Of a stretch of 64,000 bases of DNA, positions 18,670-28,553 are shown one piece after another (the stretch's first letter is position 1; every line of letters starts with the position of its first letter). Origin of the DNA: an uncultured Clostridia bacterium (GTDB taxonomy: Bacteria > Bacillota > Clostridia > Christensenellales > CAG-917). The notes below the pieces were generated by a model. The model was not told the origin of the DNA. It saw only the letters and a program-made list of their open reading frames with translations, and ran no database searches. Position numbers and translations under genes: made by a program. The stretch lies in contig CAKQUX010000003.1 in NCBI GenBank assembly GCA_934277645.1, forward strand, positions 71,934 through 135,933, written 5' to 3'.

Positions 18670-19471
18670 AGGAATAACGGTTTTTGCAAAACACGGGTGT
18701 TTTGACTTTGAAAAGACGAACGAGCAAAAGTTTGTCGTTTCGTTGCGCCTTAATGCGGATTTTGGCAAGGCTATGCGGTCTGACGATTTGAACTTTACCG
18801 TAGATTACGGCGTAGTTACGTCGATTGTCGTCGACACGGTGAAGAACAATTCGTTTAATCTCATCGAGAAACTCGCATACGAAACAGCGATTTCGGTGGG
18901 GAAGAAGTACCCCGTTTTGGATGAAATCGAAATTACGGTTTCAAAACCCGACGCGCCGATTGACGCCGAGTTTTCAAACGTTTCTTTTTCAACGACGTTG
19001 AAAAAACACACTGCCTATTTGTCGCTCGGCAGTAGCGACGGCGATAGAAGCGGCTATCTCGATTTTGCGACCGACGAGCTTAAAAATATAGGAAACGTTG
19101 TTGCGGTTTCTTCTAAATATGCGACAAAGCCATACGGCGGAGTTGCTATAAACGAATTTTTAAACTCGGCAGTAAAAATTCAAACGTTTTACAATCCGAG
19201 CGAGCTGCTTGAACTTTTGCATAAAATCGAAGAAAAAGCAGGAAGAACAAGGGATATCAGATGGGGCGACAGAACGCTCGACGTGGATATAATTGCCTAC
19301 GACGATTTAGTTTTTGAAACGAAAAAACTCACCGTTCCGCACGCCGACTATTTTAACAGAGAATTCGTGCTTATACCGTTAAAGGAAATAGAGCCGAGTT
19401 TTGTTTGCCCTAAAACGAAACGCCCGATTGACGAAATGATAAAGGCGTTAGACGATAAAACGCGCAAATAA
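18647..19471 (+). CDS. folBK: bifunctional dihydroneopterin aldolase / HPPK
   Basis: N-terminal FolB-like region (IKIEGITVFAKHGCFDFEKTNEQKFVV). C-terminal FolK-like region (RWGDRTLDVDII, PHADYFNREFVLIPL). TTG 18647 follows AAGGAGAG by 7 nt. The in-frame ATG at 18611 would overlap folP by 59 nt. Confidence 0.75.
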   Translation: MQGSIKIEGITVFAKHGCFDFEKTNEQKFVVSLRLNADFGKAMRSDDLNFTVDYGVVTSIVVDTVKNNSFNLIEKLAYETAISVGKKYPVLDEIEITVSKPDAPIDAEFSNVSFSTTLKKHTAYLSLGSSDGDRSGYLDFATDELKNIGNVVAVSSKYATKPYGGVAINEFLNSAVKIQTFYNPSELLELLHKIEEKAGRTRDIRWGDRTLDVDIIAYDDLVFETKKLTVPHADYFNREFVLIPLKEIEPSFVCPKTKRPIDEMIKALDDKTRK

Positions 19472-19552
19472 AGCATTGTTTTGTTTATATCAGTTGATTT
19501 TGAAACGAATATATGTTAAAATCGATTTATAAAATCCTTGGAGGAGAGAAAA

Positions 19553-20086
19553 ATGAAACTTATCATCAGACAAAAGTATTTTGCTTTGAACGATAACTTT
19601 TCGATTTACGACGAAAACAACCAAACTCGCTTCATCGTAAAAGGCGAATGGAGTTTTTTCAAAAAGAAACTCGTTATTTTTGACGCGCAAGGTGCGCCGT
19701 TATATTCCGTCATTTCAAGGTTTACGCTGTTTTTTAGAAAATTCGACGTTGCAATAGGTTACGTTGACGGCTTCAATCTTGAAAATCCCGTTGCAAAGTT
19801 TAGGGAAGGTTTGCACTGGCCGTTCAGACGCCGCGCCTACTTTGAATTTGTAGACGAAGGCGGCGTAGCAAGAAAGCTTAAAGTCACGGGTAGCTTTATT
19901 GCCTTTAACTGGAAAATAAAAGACAAGTCGCTTCCTAAAGAAGAGCAACTTCTTGCAAAGGTAAACAAAAAGATTTTTAAGATTGCGGATACCTATACGC
20001 TTGAAACTTTCGATGATAAAATCCCTGCCGCATATTATCTTATAATAGGGCTTTTGATTGACACGATGCATCATCAAGGTCACTAA
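19553..20086 (+). CDS. LURP-one-related (DUF567, tubby/scramblase-like fold) protein
   Basis: The N-terminal pattern KYFALNDNFSIYDENNQTRFIVKG...KKKLVIFDAQGAPLY is typical of the family. GGAGGAGAG SD. Confidence 0.6.
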   Translation: MKLIIRQKYFALNDNFSIYDENNQTRFIVKGEWSFFKKKLVIFDAQGAPLYSVISRFTLFFRKFDVAIGYVDGFNLENPVAKFREGLHWPFRRRAYFEFVDEGGVARKLKVTGSFIAFNWKIKDKSLPKEEQLLAKVNKKIFKIADTYTLETFDDKIPAAYYLIIGLLIDTMHHQGH

Positions 20087-20246
20087 GCCGAATAAAACAA
20101 GTCGGTTTTCAAGTACGTTTATGACGAAAAAAGCAAAACGCTTAGGTTTTTAAAGATTTTGAAAACTACCGATTATCGCAATACTAAACAGTCTGCATTT
20201 TTTAATGTAGATTGTTTTTTATTTTATCTTATAAAAGGTCATTTCG

Positions 20247-20275
20247 TTGACAAAGATTTTTAGTGGTGATAGACT
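20247..20275 (+). promoter_or_regulatory. SigA-type promoter for the transketolase operon
   Basis: TTGACA, 17 nt spacer, TAGACT, with TG at the extended -10 position. Confidence 0.55.
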
Positions 20276-20299
20276 AAATTAAGACTAAAGAGGTACGTT

Positions 20300-21109
20300 A
20301 TGGATTTACGAGAGATATGCAAAGATATAAGAATCGACACCCTTAAATGTATCGGCTCAATCGGAGTCGGACATATCGGCGGAAGTTTGTCTATCGTTGA
20401 AATTTTGGCAAGTTTATATTTTAAGCACATGAAAGTCGACCCTAAAAATCCTAAAATGGAAGGCAGGGACAGACTTATTGTTTCAAAGGGACACGCAGGT
20501 CCTGTCGTTTATGCAACTCTTGCAAATCGCGGATATTTTGATAAAGATTTACTTTTGACTTTAAACAAAGCGGGAACGCTTTTGCCGAGTCATTGCGATA
20601 TGAACAAAACTCCGGGTATCGATATGACGACGGGCAGTTTGGGACAAGGTTTTTCTTGCGCAGTCGGCGTAGCGCTCGGCAGTCGCCTTAAAAAGGACGG
20701 AGCAACCGTTTATGCGATTATCGGCGACGGCGAAAGCCAAGAAGGTCAAATTTGGGAAGCCGCTATGTATGCTTCGCAAGCTAAACTTAACAATCTTATC
20801 GCATTCACCGATTACAACAGAATGCAAATCGACGGCAACACAGACGATATCAACTCGCTCGAACCGTTGGACAAAAAATGGGAGAGTTTCGGCTGGAATA
20901 CAATCGTCATCGACGGACACGACCTTGACCAAATCGACGCGGCAATTTTAAACGCAAAAAGTCAGGACAAACCTACGATGATAATAGCAAAAACCATAAA
21001 GGGTAAGGGCGTTAAGAGTATCGAAGAAAAGGGCTTTGCCTGCCACAGTTTGTCGCTTAGCGTTGAAGTCGTCGAAGCGGCTATCGAAGAGATAAGGAGG
21101 GCAAACTAA
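20300..21109 (+). CDS. transketolase, N-terminal (TPP-binding) subunit
   Basis: GHIGGSLS, SKGHAGP and GDGESQEGQIWEA motifs. The split form is common in Clostridia. Confidence 0.9.
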   Translation: MDLREICKDIRIDTLKCIGSIGVGHIGGSLSIVEILASLYFKHMKVDPKNPKMEGRDRLIVSKGHAGPVVYATLANRGYFDKDLLLTLNKAGTLLPSHCDMNKTPGIDMTTGSLGQGFSCAVGVALGSRLKKDGATVYAIIGDGESQEGQIWEAAMYASQAKLNNLIAFTDYNRMQIDGNTDDINSLEPLDKKWESFGWNTIVIDGHDLDQIDAAILNAKSQDKPTMIIAKTIKGKGVKSIEEKGFACHSLSLSVEVVEAAIEEIRRAN

Positions 21110-22035
21110 TGGAAATGCGTGAAGTCTTTATCGGCGAACTTTCAAAAATGATGGAAAAGGACGACAGAATCGTTGTGCTTGACGCAGACCTTTCAAACTG
21201 CATTAAGTCGGGTCCTATTCATAAAGCTTTCCCTGACCGCGCTTTCAACGTGGGCATTGCGGAACAGAATATGGTTTCTATTGCGGCAGGACTTAGCAGT
21301 TACGGTTTCAAGCCGTTTGTTTCGTCTTTCTCGCCGTTTGCTACAAGACGAGTATGCGACCAAATTACGCTTTCTTGTCTTTATGCCAAACAAAACGTAA
21401 AAATCGTCGGAACCGACCCCGGTATAAGCGCTGAAATCAACGGCGGCACTCATATGGGTATGGAAGACATCGGAACTCTTCGTTCTATTGCAGACATTGT
21501 CATTTTCGAGCCTGTCGACGAAGTGCAACTTAAAGCCGCTATGCCGAGTATCGTTGCATACGACGGAACTATGTATATAAGACTTTTCAGAAAGACGCTC
21601 GACAAAGTGTTTGACGAAAGCACCTATAAGTTCGACCTTTTCAAAGCCGACGTAATTAAAGAAGGCAAAGACATTACTATTTGTTGCAGCGGAATTATGG
21701 TGCAGGAAACGATGAAAGCAAACGAGATTTTGGAAAAAGAAGGAATCTCCTGCGAAATCATCAACGTGCATACGATTAAACCGATTGACGGTAAAACCAT
21801 TGTCGAAAGCGCAAAGAAAACGGGCGCGGTTTTGACTTGTGAAAACCACGAAATTATCGGCGGATTGTATAGCGCAGTCAGCGAAGTTCTTGCAAAAGAA
21901 TGTCCGACAAAAATGGACGCAATCGGCGTGCCTAATTGCTTCGGCGAAGTCGGGAAAATGCCTTATCTCAAAGAGATTTACAAGATGAGAGCAGAGGACA
22001 TCGTGGCAAAAGTTAAGGAAATGATTAAAAAATAA
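21109..22035 (+). CDS. transketolase, C-terminal (pyrimidine-binding) subunit
   Basis: FNVGIAEQNMV motif. ATG overlaps the upstream stop (TAATG). Confidence 0.9.
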   Translation: MEMREVFIGELSKMMEKDDRIVVLDADLSNCIKSGPIHKAFPDRAFNVGIAEQNMVSIAAGLSSYGFKPFVSSFSPFATRRVCDQITLSCLYAKQNVKIVGTDPGISAEINGGTHMGMEDIGTLRSIADIVIFEPVDEVQLKAAMPSIVAYDGTMYIRLFRKTLDKVFDESTYKFDLFKADVIKEGKDITICCSGIMVQETMKANEILEKEGISCEIINVHTIKPIDGKTIVESAKKTGAVLTCENHEIIGGLYSAVSEVLAKECPTKMDAIGVPNCFGEVGKMPYLKEIYKMRAEDIVAKVKEMIKK

Positions 22036-22101
22036 TCGTTCGTTTAGAATAAAGCGAAAATTGAAAAATAAAATCGAAAACGAAAATTAAATTTCGACAT
22101 T

Positions 22102-22134
22102 AAAAAGAGCGTAGGGTTTACCTACGCTCTTTTA
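22102..22134 (+). terminator. intrinsic terminator after tkt
   Basis: AGAGCGTAGG-gttta-CCTACGCTCT followed by TTT. Confidence 0.8.
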
Positions 22135-22369
22135 ATTTAAATGTTTGCGAACAAATTAGTTCTTATGGATTTTAATCGGCAAGTTTAGTCATTAGGTTTA
22201 GCCGATTAAAGATAGCAGACAGTAAGCTCGGACTATAAACTTAAACGTCAAGCGTTGAACCGTTATACTCTATGTTAGCAGACAGTAAGTTTAATAATAA
22301 ATTTAAACCATATTCTTGGCAATAAACCTAAACGACGTGGCAAACGATAATAGGTTAAACGACTTGGTT

Positions 22370-23287
22370 TTAGTTTTTCAATCTTTTATCGTCGCCTTCG
22401 ATTTCTTTTTCGACGGCGTAAGATTTGGCAAAAAGTCTACTGAAAAAGCGTTCGCCGTATCTTTCTACAATCTGATTGTGATTTAGATTTGTCGTAACGA
22501 TAGTGTGTTTTTTGTGACTTATTCTTTCCGAAATTATAAGCAACAAATATTCGGCGGTGACGTTTTGAAGTTTTGTTTCCGTGCCGAGGTCGTCTATGAT
22601 AAGCAAGTCGCTCTCCAAGAAATCATCAAGCATTCCGTCGCGCTCAACAAGGTTAGACGTGTGATATTTAAGGCATCTTTGTACTATTTCAAAAGCGGAA
22701 TAGAACAAAACGCCATAGCCTTTTTCGAGTACGCCGTTTGCGATACAACTTGCCATAAACGTTTTGCCCGAACCTGCCTGACCTCTTAAAATAAGATTTA
22801 AAGTTTTTTGCGGCGGAAATTTGTCAATGAAAGTTTTTACAAACCGCAAATGATTTTCGTCGGTTTCGTTTTTGACAACAAAGTCCGAAACTTTAAATTT
22901 TGCAAGTTCGCTTATTGCCGAGGACTTAGTGAGTAGCTTCTCATAAAGTTTTTTTGTACAATCGCAAAGCTCGCCGTTTATCATTCCCGTGTCGTGACAT
23001 TTAGTGCAGTTGTATTTAACGTCGAAGTCGCTTTCGGTGTATCCGTTTTGTTTTAACGCGGTTAAATAGTCTGCTTTTGCGGCGTTAATTTCTTTTTCAA
23101 GGTTAGACTGAATTCCGAATGCTTCAGCTTTGATTTGGTCAAGCTCAAGCGTTTTCAATTCCTCATAAGTTTCGTTTATTTCGGGAATCGAAAAAGCCTT
23201 TTCTTGCGTGTCGTCGGCTTTTTTAAGCTCGGCAATTCTCTTTGCTTTTATTGTGTCAATAGCAAGTTTTAATACGTCTTTTCTCAT
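22370..23287 (-). CDS. dnaI: DnaI/DnaC-type helicase loader ATPase
   Basis: N-terminal Cys cluster CTKCHDTGMINGELCDC, Walker A GQAGSGKT, Walker B LLIIDDLG. Overlaps the upstream DnaD-domain gene by 4 nt. Confidence 0.75.
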   Translation of the reverse strand: MRKDVLKLAIDTIKAKRIAELKKADDTQEKAFSIPEINETYEELKTLELDQIKAEAFGIQSNLEKEINAAKADYLTALKQNGYTESDFDVKYNCTKCHDTGMINGELCDCTKKLYEKLLTKSSAISELAKFKVSDFVVKNETDENHLRFVKTFIDKFPPQKTLNLILRGQAGSGKTFMASCIANGVLEKGYGVLFYSAFEIVQRCLKYHTSNLVERDGMLDDFLESDLLIIDDLGTETKLQNVTAEYLLLIISERISHKKHTIVTTNLNHNQIVERYGERFFSRLFAKSYAVEKEIEGDDKRLKN

Positions 23288-24726
23288 TCGATATCACTTC
23301 CGTCAAAGTTTTTACTGTTATTAAATATTGTAGCAAGTTCTTCCTTTGTATATTCTCGCATATCGTAGTCGAAACGAGGCTTAGCGGCAGGGCTTTCGGC
23401 AGGCTTGAAGGTTTTTGCCTTTTCCACGGTGTCGATGCCTTTTTGTTTGTAACTCGCAAGAAGTTGATTGATGTATTTAATGGGATAGGTTTTTCCGGCG
23501 GCTTGTTCGGCGGCATAGTTTATCATATCTTTTGAAAATCCCCAAGTAGATTCCCAAATTCTGAAATATTCTCTGTCACTGTTTATGATGCCTCTGATTT
23601 CGCCCGATTTTGCAAGTATTTCCTTTATGTTTTCGTCGTTTGACAACAACTTGTCTATATAGCTGTTTATGCCGTCTACCGTCATAATGCCCATAGCGTG
23701 GAATTTGTCGACCATAGCGTTCATTCCGCTAAGATTTTTAACGCCCGACACGAAGCAGTAGTGCGCGATTTTTAAAAGCGTTTCTTCGTCAAAGCCTTTT
23801 TCAGTCCACGGGACGGTGTAGGTTTCTATTACGTTGTCGAGCGATTCGTAAAACACGCCGAGAGTTTTATTTATTTTTATTGCAAGGTTATAAAGATTTT
23901 CACGTCTTGCGAGATAATCTTTCATTTGGTTTTCGGTGTAGATTGCAAGGCGATAATATTCGTCGAGAGTAGAGTCGAGTTTCTTGAAAGTTTTGCTCTT
24001 TATATGCTTTGCAAGATAGACTATTGCGGAAATTTCATAACCCCAGTTTTTCGTCCACTTTAAAAGCATTTGTTTTTCTTCGAGTTCCGCTCCGCCTTTT
24101 CTGTTCAAGGCTTTAAGCACGGCGCGCATATCTTCCGACTGCGTTTCATACTCGTTAAGTTTGTTTTCGACGTCGTCAACCGTAAGTACGCCGTCAGCCA
24201 CCCACGACCTTGCGACCGTCAGAATATAAGGGTAGCGCACGGTGACGCCTTTAAGGTTTATGCAATATTGTACCACCATCAAAAGTGCGTTTTGCTCCAT
24301 ATGCGAACCGTCTAAAAAGTTGTAATATTCGTTATATTCGTTAGGCGTGAGCATTCTATCGGGAAAAAGTTTTTGGAGCCCCGCATTGAAATCGGCAAAT
24401 TTTTCCGATTTGTATTTTTTTATCGGTTTTAAGTTTTGTTTGAAAGCCAAATATTTAATTTCAAGCGGAGAGCGTGATATTATTTCTACAAGCCCGTTAT
24501 CCTGCCAAAAAACAAATGCCGAAACTATTTCGTCCGACGTCATATCAAGAACTTTAGTCATAAGCTCGAAACTGTTTTCGTCCGTTTTGGCGTTGCACAA
24601 AAACAGTCCGTAAAGATAGACCTTAATTTGTTTCTCGTCGGCGTATGGCATATACTCGCTCAAAAACAGGTTGTCCACCATCGTGAAACTTTCAATCAGA
24701 TATTCGTTTGAAAATTTGCAAATCAT
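23284..24726 (-). CDS. DnaD-domain replication initiation / membrane attachment protein (Firmicute DnaB-like)
   Basis: Two DnaD-like repeats (WTKNWGYEISAIVYL..., WESTWGFSKDMINYAAEQA). Paired with dnaI. Confidence 0.7.
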   Translation of the reverse strand: MICKFSNEYLIESFTMVDNLFLSEYMPYADEKQIKVYLYGLFLCNAKTDENSFELMTKVLDMTSDEIVSAFVFWQDNGLVEIISRSPLEIKYLAFKQNLKPIKKYKSEKFADFNAGLQKLFPDRMLTPNEYNEYYNFLDGSHMEQNALLMVVQYCINLKGVTVRYPYILTVARSWVADGVLTVDDVENKLNEYETQSEDMRAVLKALNRKGGAELEEKQMLLKWTKNWGYEISAIVYLAKHIKSKTFKKLDSTLDEYYRLAIYTENQMKDYLARRENLYNLAIKINKTLGVFYESLDNVIETYTVPWTEKGFDEETLLKIAHYCFVSGVKNLSGMNAMVDKFHAMGIMTVDGINSYIDKLLSNDENIKEILAKSGEIRGIINSDREYFRIWESTWGFSKDMINYAAEQAAGKTYPIKYINQLLASYKQKGIDTVEKAKTFKPAESPAAKPRFDYDMREYTKEELATIFNNSKNFDGSDIE

Positions 24727-24820
24727 AATTTTTTTTCCTTAGTCGATTATAATAGCTTAGCACAAAAAGCCGAGTTTTTAAAGAGATTTTAAAAAATAGT
24801 CGGCTAAATTTGCAACGAAT

Positions 24821-25489
24821 TTATTTTTCGGTTTCGTCGTTTACGCTCTCGTCGTTCGTTTTTACGTCGTCGGAAGTTTCCTTTTCGGCGTTTTGCGTCC
24901 TATCGCTTAAATCGCTAAAAACTTTGGCATTGTCGCAATCTTCGGTTTTTGAATTGCTTGGCGGCTCTTGCGCCCCTGCGTCATTTTTCGATTTTTTCTT
25001 TTTACCGAACTTTATAATTAAAGACGGCAAGACTTTTCTCAGTCCTATCGTAAGCGGCAGTCCGATAGCGTATATGACGATAGCTTGCGAAATTAAAATT
25101 GAAAACATATTTATATAATAAAGACTGTCCGAGCCGTTTATAATCCAAATTAAGGGAACGAACAGTGCGTTTAGCAGAACGGGCGGCAGAGCGGCTACGG
25201 CAATTTTTTTTCTTAAAACGTAGGTCAAAACTGCGGCGATAAAAGTCACCGACGTGCCGATTGCCATATCGATAATGCCAAACGGACTAAAAAACATATT
25301 TGAAAAGAAACAGCCTACGGTAAGTCCGAAAATCGCTTCGGGCATAATGACGGGAAGCAACGTTAGCGCTTCCGACAAACGAAATTGAATTGTCCCGAAA
25401 CTCAGCGACGGAACGGCAATCGACAAAACGAAATAAAATGCCGCAATTATCGCACTTCTGCAAATGACGAAAACCTTTTTAGATTTCAT
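24821..25489 (-). CDS. queT: queuosine precursor transporter QueT (ECF S-component) with a charged C-terminal tail
   Basis: FGTIQFRLSEALTLLPV and FSPFGIIDMAIGTSVTFIAA motifs. A preQ1 riboswitch lies immediately upstream. Confidence 0.8.
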   Translation of the reverse strand: MKSKKVFVICRSAIIAAFYFVLSIAVPSLSFGTIQFRLSEALTLLPVIMPEAIFGLTVGCFFSNMFFSPFGIIDMAIGTSVTFIAAVLTYVLRKKIAVAALPPVLLNALFVPLIWIINGSDSLYYINMFSILISQAIVIYAIGLPLTIGLRKVLPSLIIKFGKKKKSKNDAGAQEPPSNSKTEDCDNAKVFSDLSDRTQNAEKETSDDVKTNDESVNDETEK

Positions 25490-25494
25490 AATTA

Positions 25495-25532
25495 CCTCGG
25501 TTTTTTTTATTGATGGGTTGCCGACACCATCG
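25495..25532 (-). promoter_or_regulatory. preQ1-I riboswitch
   Basis: Minus strand GAUGG-UGUCGGCAAC-CCAUC-AAUAAAAAAAACCGAGG: a 5-bp P1, a loop ending AAC, and an A-rich tail. The tail CCG can pair with the loop CGG, overlapping the SD GAGG 5 nt before the queT AUG. Confidence 0.75.
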
Positions 25533-25581
25533 AAAGTATGTTATCATAATATATAATTAAACGCAAGCATTGGAGGGTAAT

Positions 25582-26052
25582 ATGGCAAGTTTTGAAAATA
25601 TGGAAAAGCCGCTTGAATCGCTTCTTACGACGGGGGGCTTTTTGTGTACGGGCGACAACGTTATGACTATCTCGTGGGGTATGGTCGGAGTCCTTTGGAG
25701 AAAAAAGGTTTTCCTTGCCGTTGTCAGAAAGTCGAGATATTCTCACGAGCTTATCGAGAAGAACAAGACTTTTACGATTTCGATTCCTAAGCAAGGCGAA
25801 ATGAAAGACGCAATCGGCGTATGCGGAAAAGTGAGCGGCAGAAACGGCTCGAAATGGGAAGAGGCGGGGCTTAAAAGCGTTAAGGCAAAGAGCGTCGATT
25901 CGGTAGTCGTTGACGGCTGTGAAAAATACTTTGAATGCAAGGTAATCACAAAGCTCGATATGGGAAACTGCGACCTTTCGCAAATCGGAACGTTCTATGC
26001 AGACGGAGATATGCACGATTTTTACTTTGCCGAAATCGTTGAGGAATATTAG
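25582..26052 (+). CDS. flavin reductase-like (FMN-binding split-barrel) protein
   Basis: The pattern NVMTISWGMVGVLWRKKVFLAVVRKSRYSHELI is typical of the family. GGAGGG SD before ATG 25582. Confidence 0.65.
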   Translation: MASFENMEKPLESLLTTGGFLCTGDNVMTISWGMVGVLWRKKVFLAVVRKSRYSHELIEKNKTFTISIPKQGEMKDAIGVCGKVSGRNGSKWEEAGLKSVKAKSVDSVVVDGCEKYFECKVITKLDMGNCDLSQIGTFYADGDMHDFYFAEIVEEY

Positions 26053-26306
26053 TGATAAGGCTTTGGATAAAACTTAAAAAGGAAGACAAAATTTTGTCCG
26101 ACGAAGTTTGTGAAATCGAAACTCTGAGCGAAAAGAGCCTTCACACGGCGTTGGCTCTTTTCGCCGAAAAGTTCGACGTCACTACTCCCGTAATTTTGTC
26201 GCATCATTTAAATTCGCTTAAAGAGTTTAATCGCACGGTTTTTCTTCCGCGCGATTTTGTTTGCGCAGGCGATTTTACTTGCCTTGAAATAGAACGCATT
26301 TTGTAG
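26052..26306 (+). CDS. hypothetical small protein
   Basis: 84-codon ORF with a GTG start overlapping the upstream TAG (TAGTG). No recognisable motif. Confidence 0.35.
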   Translation: MIRLWIKLKKEDKILSDEVCEIETLSEKSLHTALALFAEKFDVTTPVILSHHLNSLKEFNRTVFLPRDFVCAGDFTCLEIERIL

Positions 26307-26435
26307 TAAACGGCAGATTTATAAAATGCGTTATAAAGTTAAGCGTTTCAATTTGCCTTAAAATCAATTTTCTAAAAAATGTATTTTTTCCTTTTTGATT
26401 AAAATACTAAGTTTAATCAGGGAGGAATTTTTTTT

Positions 26436-26963
26436 ATGCAAAATACGGGAATCGTAAGAAGAATTGACGAACTCGGACGTATCGTTATTCCTAAGGAACT
26501 GCGTCGCAGTATGCGTCTTCACGTCGGCGACGAACTTGAAATCGCTATGGACGGCGATTTTATGACAATGAAAAAGTATTCCGAAATGGAAGCTATGCGT
26601 CATATTTTAGAAGACATTGCCTTGTCGCTCAGAGAATTTACCGAAGCGGAAGTATTTATTTGCGACGGAAACTTCGTTACTCTTTATGAGGGAAGAGATA
26701 AAAAACGCGCCGAAGGACAAATGATAACCGACGAGCTTGTCAAAGTTTTGAGAAACGGTCAATATAAGCTGAAAGAAGGCGTCGAACGTATTCCGCTTTA
26801 TGAAGGCGACGAGATGGCATGGCAAAGTCAAGTCATTTCACCGGTTATAAATCAAGGCGACGTCGTGGGCGGACTTGTTTTGCTTACAAATCACAACGGC
26901 ACGAGCCTTGTCGGCTACGTCAACTTGTGCGTCAAAATTTTGTCCGGCTTATGCACAAAATAA
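26436..26963 (+). CDS. spoVT: stage V sporulation protein T (AbrB-family regulator with a GAF-like domain)
   Basis: TGIVRRIDELGRIVIPKELRRSMRLHVGDELEI SpoVT/AbrB swapped-hairpin N-terminus; length about 175 aa. GGGAGG SD. Confidence 0.85.
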   Translation: MQNTGIVRRIDELGRIVIPKELRRSMRLHVGDELEIAMDGDFMTMKKYSEMEAMRHILEDIALSLREFTEAEVFICDGNFVTLYEGRDKKRAEGQMITDELVKVLRNGQYKLKEGVERIPLYEGDEMAWQSQVISPVINQGDVVGGLVLLTNHNGTSLVGYVNLCVKILSGLCTK

Positions 26964-28552
26964 AAGAAAATTTTGCTACGGGGGCTATCGTCCTTGCGGT
27001 CGGCGGAATAATCTGCAAGGTGCTTGGAGCGGTATATCGCATACCGCTCACAAATGCGCTCGGCGCAGAGGGCATCGGACTTTATCAATTAGTTTATGCC
27101 GTCTACGCCGTTTTTATAGTGCTTAGCAGCGGCGGCGTCACACCTGCCGTGAGCAGACTTGTCGCCGAAGATTTAGCAGTGGGATTGTCGGGCAGAAGAC
27201 ACGTCAAAGTCGGTGCAATCGTAAGCGCCGTTACGTCGCTTTTTGCCGCTATAATGCTAATTGTTTTAAACGGTTATATATCAAGACTTCAAGGCAACGC
27301 CGACAGTTCCGTCGGCTATATGATTATTGCGCCGAGCGTGTTTTTTGTCGGCTTGTCAAGCGTTATGAAAGGCTACTTTCAAGGCAGACTCAATATGTTC
27401 CCGACAACGATTTCAAATCTTGTCGAACAAACGGTCAAGCTGGGTTTAGGATTGGGACTAGCATTCTATCTTGTGAAGACAAGCGTTTTGTACGCGCTTT
27501 ACGGAACGCTTCTTGCCGTTACAGTCAGCGAGTTTTTGTCTTGCGCATATCTTGTCGTAAGTTTTTTAATCGACCGTCGAAAATCCCGAAAACTGTTAAG
27601 CGCAAATTCGCTCGGCACGGATGAGAGATATAAAAAGGGCGAACTTAAAAAGTTTTTAACTACGGCTTTGCCTTTTGCATTTTTGGCGATAGCTTTGCCT
27701 TTATCGTCGTTTATCGACAGTTTTATGATTGTCAATCTATTAAAGCGTGGAATGACTGCGCAAATGGCAACGGCGAATTACGGTGTGTTTTCGGGGCAGG
27801 TTACTACGCTTATCAATATGCCGATAATGGTTTTGTTGTCGCTTGCGGTTGCAATAGTGCCGAGCGTATCGAAAGGCAGAACAGAGCGTGATTTGGACGG
27901 CGTGCTTTTAAAAACAAAACTGTCTATAAAGCTGTGTCTTTTGATAGGCGCACCGATAGCTTTAATGATGCTCGTTTTCAGCCGTGAGATAATGGCGATT
28001 TTATATCCGCGACTCGATTCCGCAGCTCTCGGTTTAGGTTCGTCGCTTTTGGTGATAATGTCGCCGAGCATAGTCACTATGTCGCTTGCGGAAGTTTTGG
28101 GCGCAATAAACAGCGCACTTGACAAAACCTATTATTCCGCTTTGAGTATGCTTTTCGGCGTTATGATAAAGACGCTGATTGTGTTGACGGCAACGGCAAG
28201 CGTCGGAATTATGGCGGCGGCAATAGGCAGTCTTGCGTTGTCGATAGTGGCGCTTATAATAAATTCCGCAATACTCATAAGGCAGACGGGATACAGAAGA
28301 GAATCGATAAGGGGCGTAGGACTTATAATGCTCGGTTCGGTTTTTATTGCGTTAATTAGCTTGCTTAATAAGATGATTTTCGTTAATATATATTTGCAAC
28401 TGGCTTTGTCCGTAGTTGTCGGCGGAATGACTTACTTTTTTATGGTCACGGCGCTTGACGTATTCACTGTGGACGAAACAAAAAGTTTGCCGATGTCTAA
28501 GTTTTTGCTCAAAACGAGAAGCAGGCTGAGATTTTGGGACGGGGAGGCATAA
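26951..28552 (+). CDS. MOP-superfamily flippase (YabM/SpoVB/MurJ-like polysaccharide biosynthesis protein)
   Basis: N-terminus GAIVLAVGGIICKVLGAVYRIPLTNALGAEGIGLYQLVY, about 14 TM segments, and synteny with B. subtilis spoVT-yabM-yabN. The start ATG 26951 overlaps the end of spoVT by 13 nt. Confidence 0.8.
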   Translation: MHKIKENFATGAIVLAVGGIICKVLGAVYRIPLTNALGAEGIGLYQLVYAVYAVFIVLSSGGVTPAVSRLVAEDLAVGLSGRRHVKVGAIVSAVTSLFAAIMLIVLNGYISRLQGNADSSVGYMIIAPSVFFVGLSSVMKGYFQGRLNMFPTTISNLVEQTVKLGLGLGLAFYLVKTSVLYALYGTLLAVTVSEFLSCAYLVVSFLIDRRKSRKLLSANSLGTDERYKKGELKKFLTTALPFAFLAIALPLSSFIDSFMIVNLLKRGMTAQMATANYGVFSGQVTTLINMPIMVLLSLAVAIVPSVSKGRTERDLDGVLLKTKLSIKLCLLIGAPIALMMLVFSREIMAILYPRLDSAALGLGSSLLVIMSPSIVTMSLAEVLGAINSALDKTYYSALSMLFGVMIKTLIVLTATASVGIMAAAIGSLALSIVALIINSAILIRQTGYRRESIRGVGLIMLGSVFIALISLLNKMIFVNIYLQLALSVVVGGMTYFFMVTALDVFTVDETKSLPMSKFLLKTRSRLRFWDGEA

Positions 28553-28553
28553 T

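Noticed and set aside
20300-22035. Transketolase split into two ORFs as a possible pseudogene.
   Set aside because: The split into N- and C-terminal subunits with a TAATG junction is the normal arrangement in many Clostridia and Archaea. Both halves are intact.
26819-26950. Upstream ORF-track extensions of several genes: 26819 (flippase), 33840 (tatD), 35094 (rsmA), 41153 (MGMT), 46931 (clpB), 50727 (lipid kinase), 42768, 41817, 58264, 25570 and 19538.
   Set aside because: The extensions overlap upstream genes, terminators or promoters and lack an SD. Internal starts with good SDs give N-termini matching the families.
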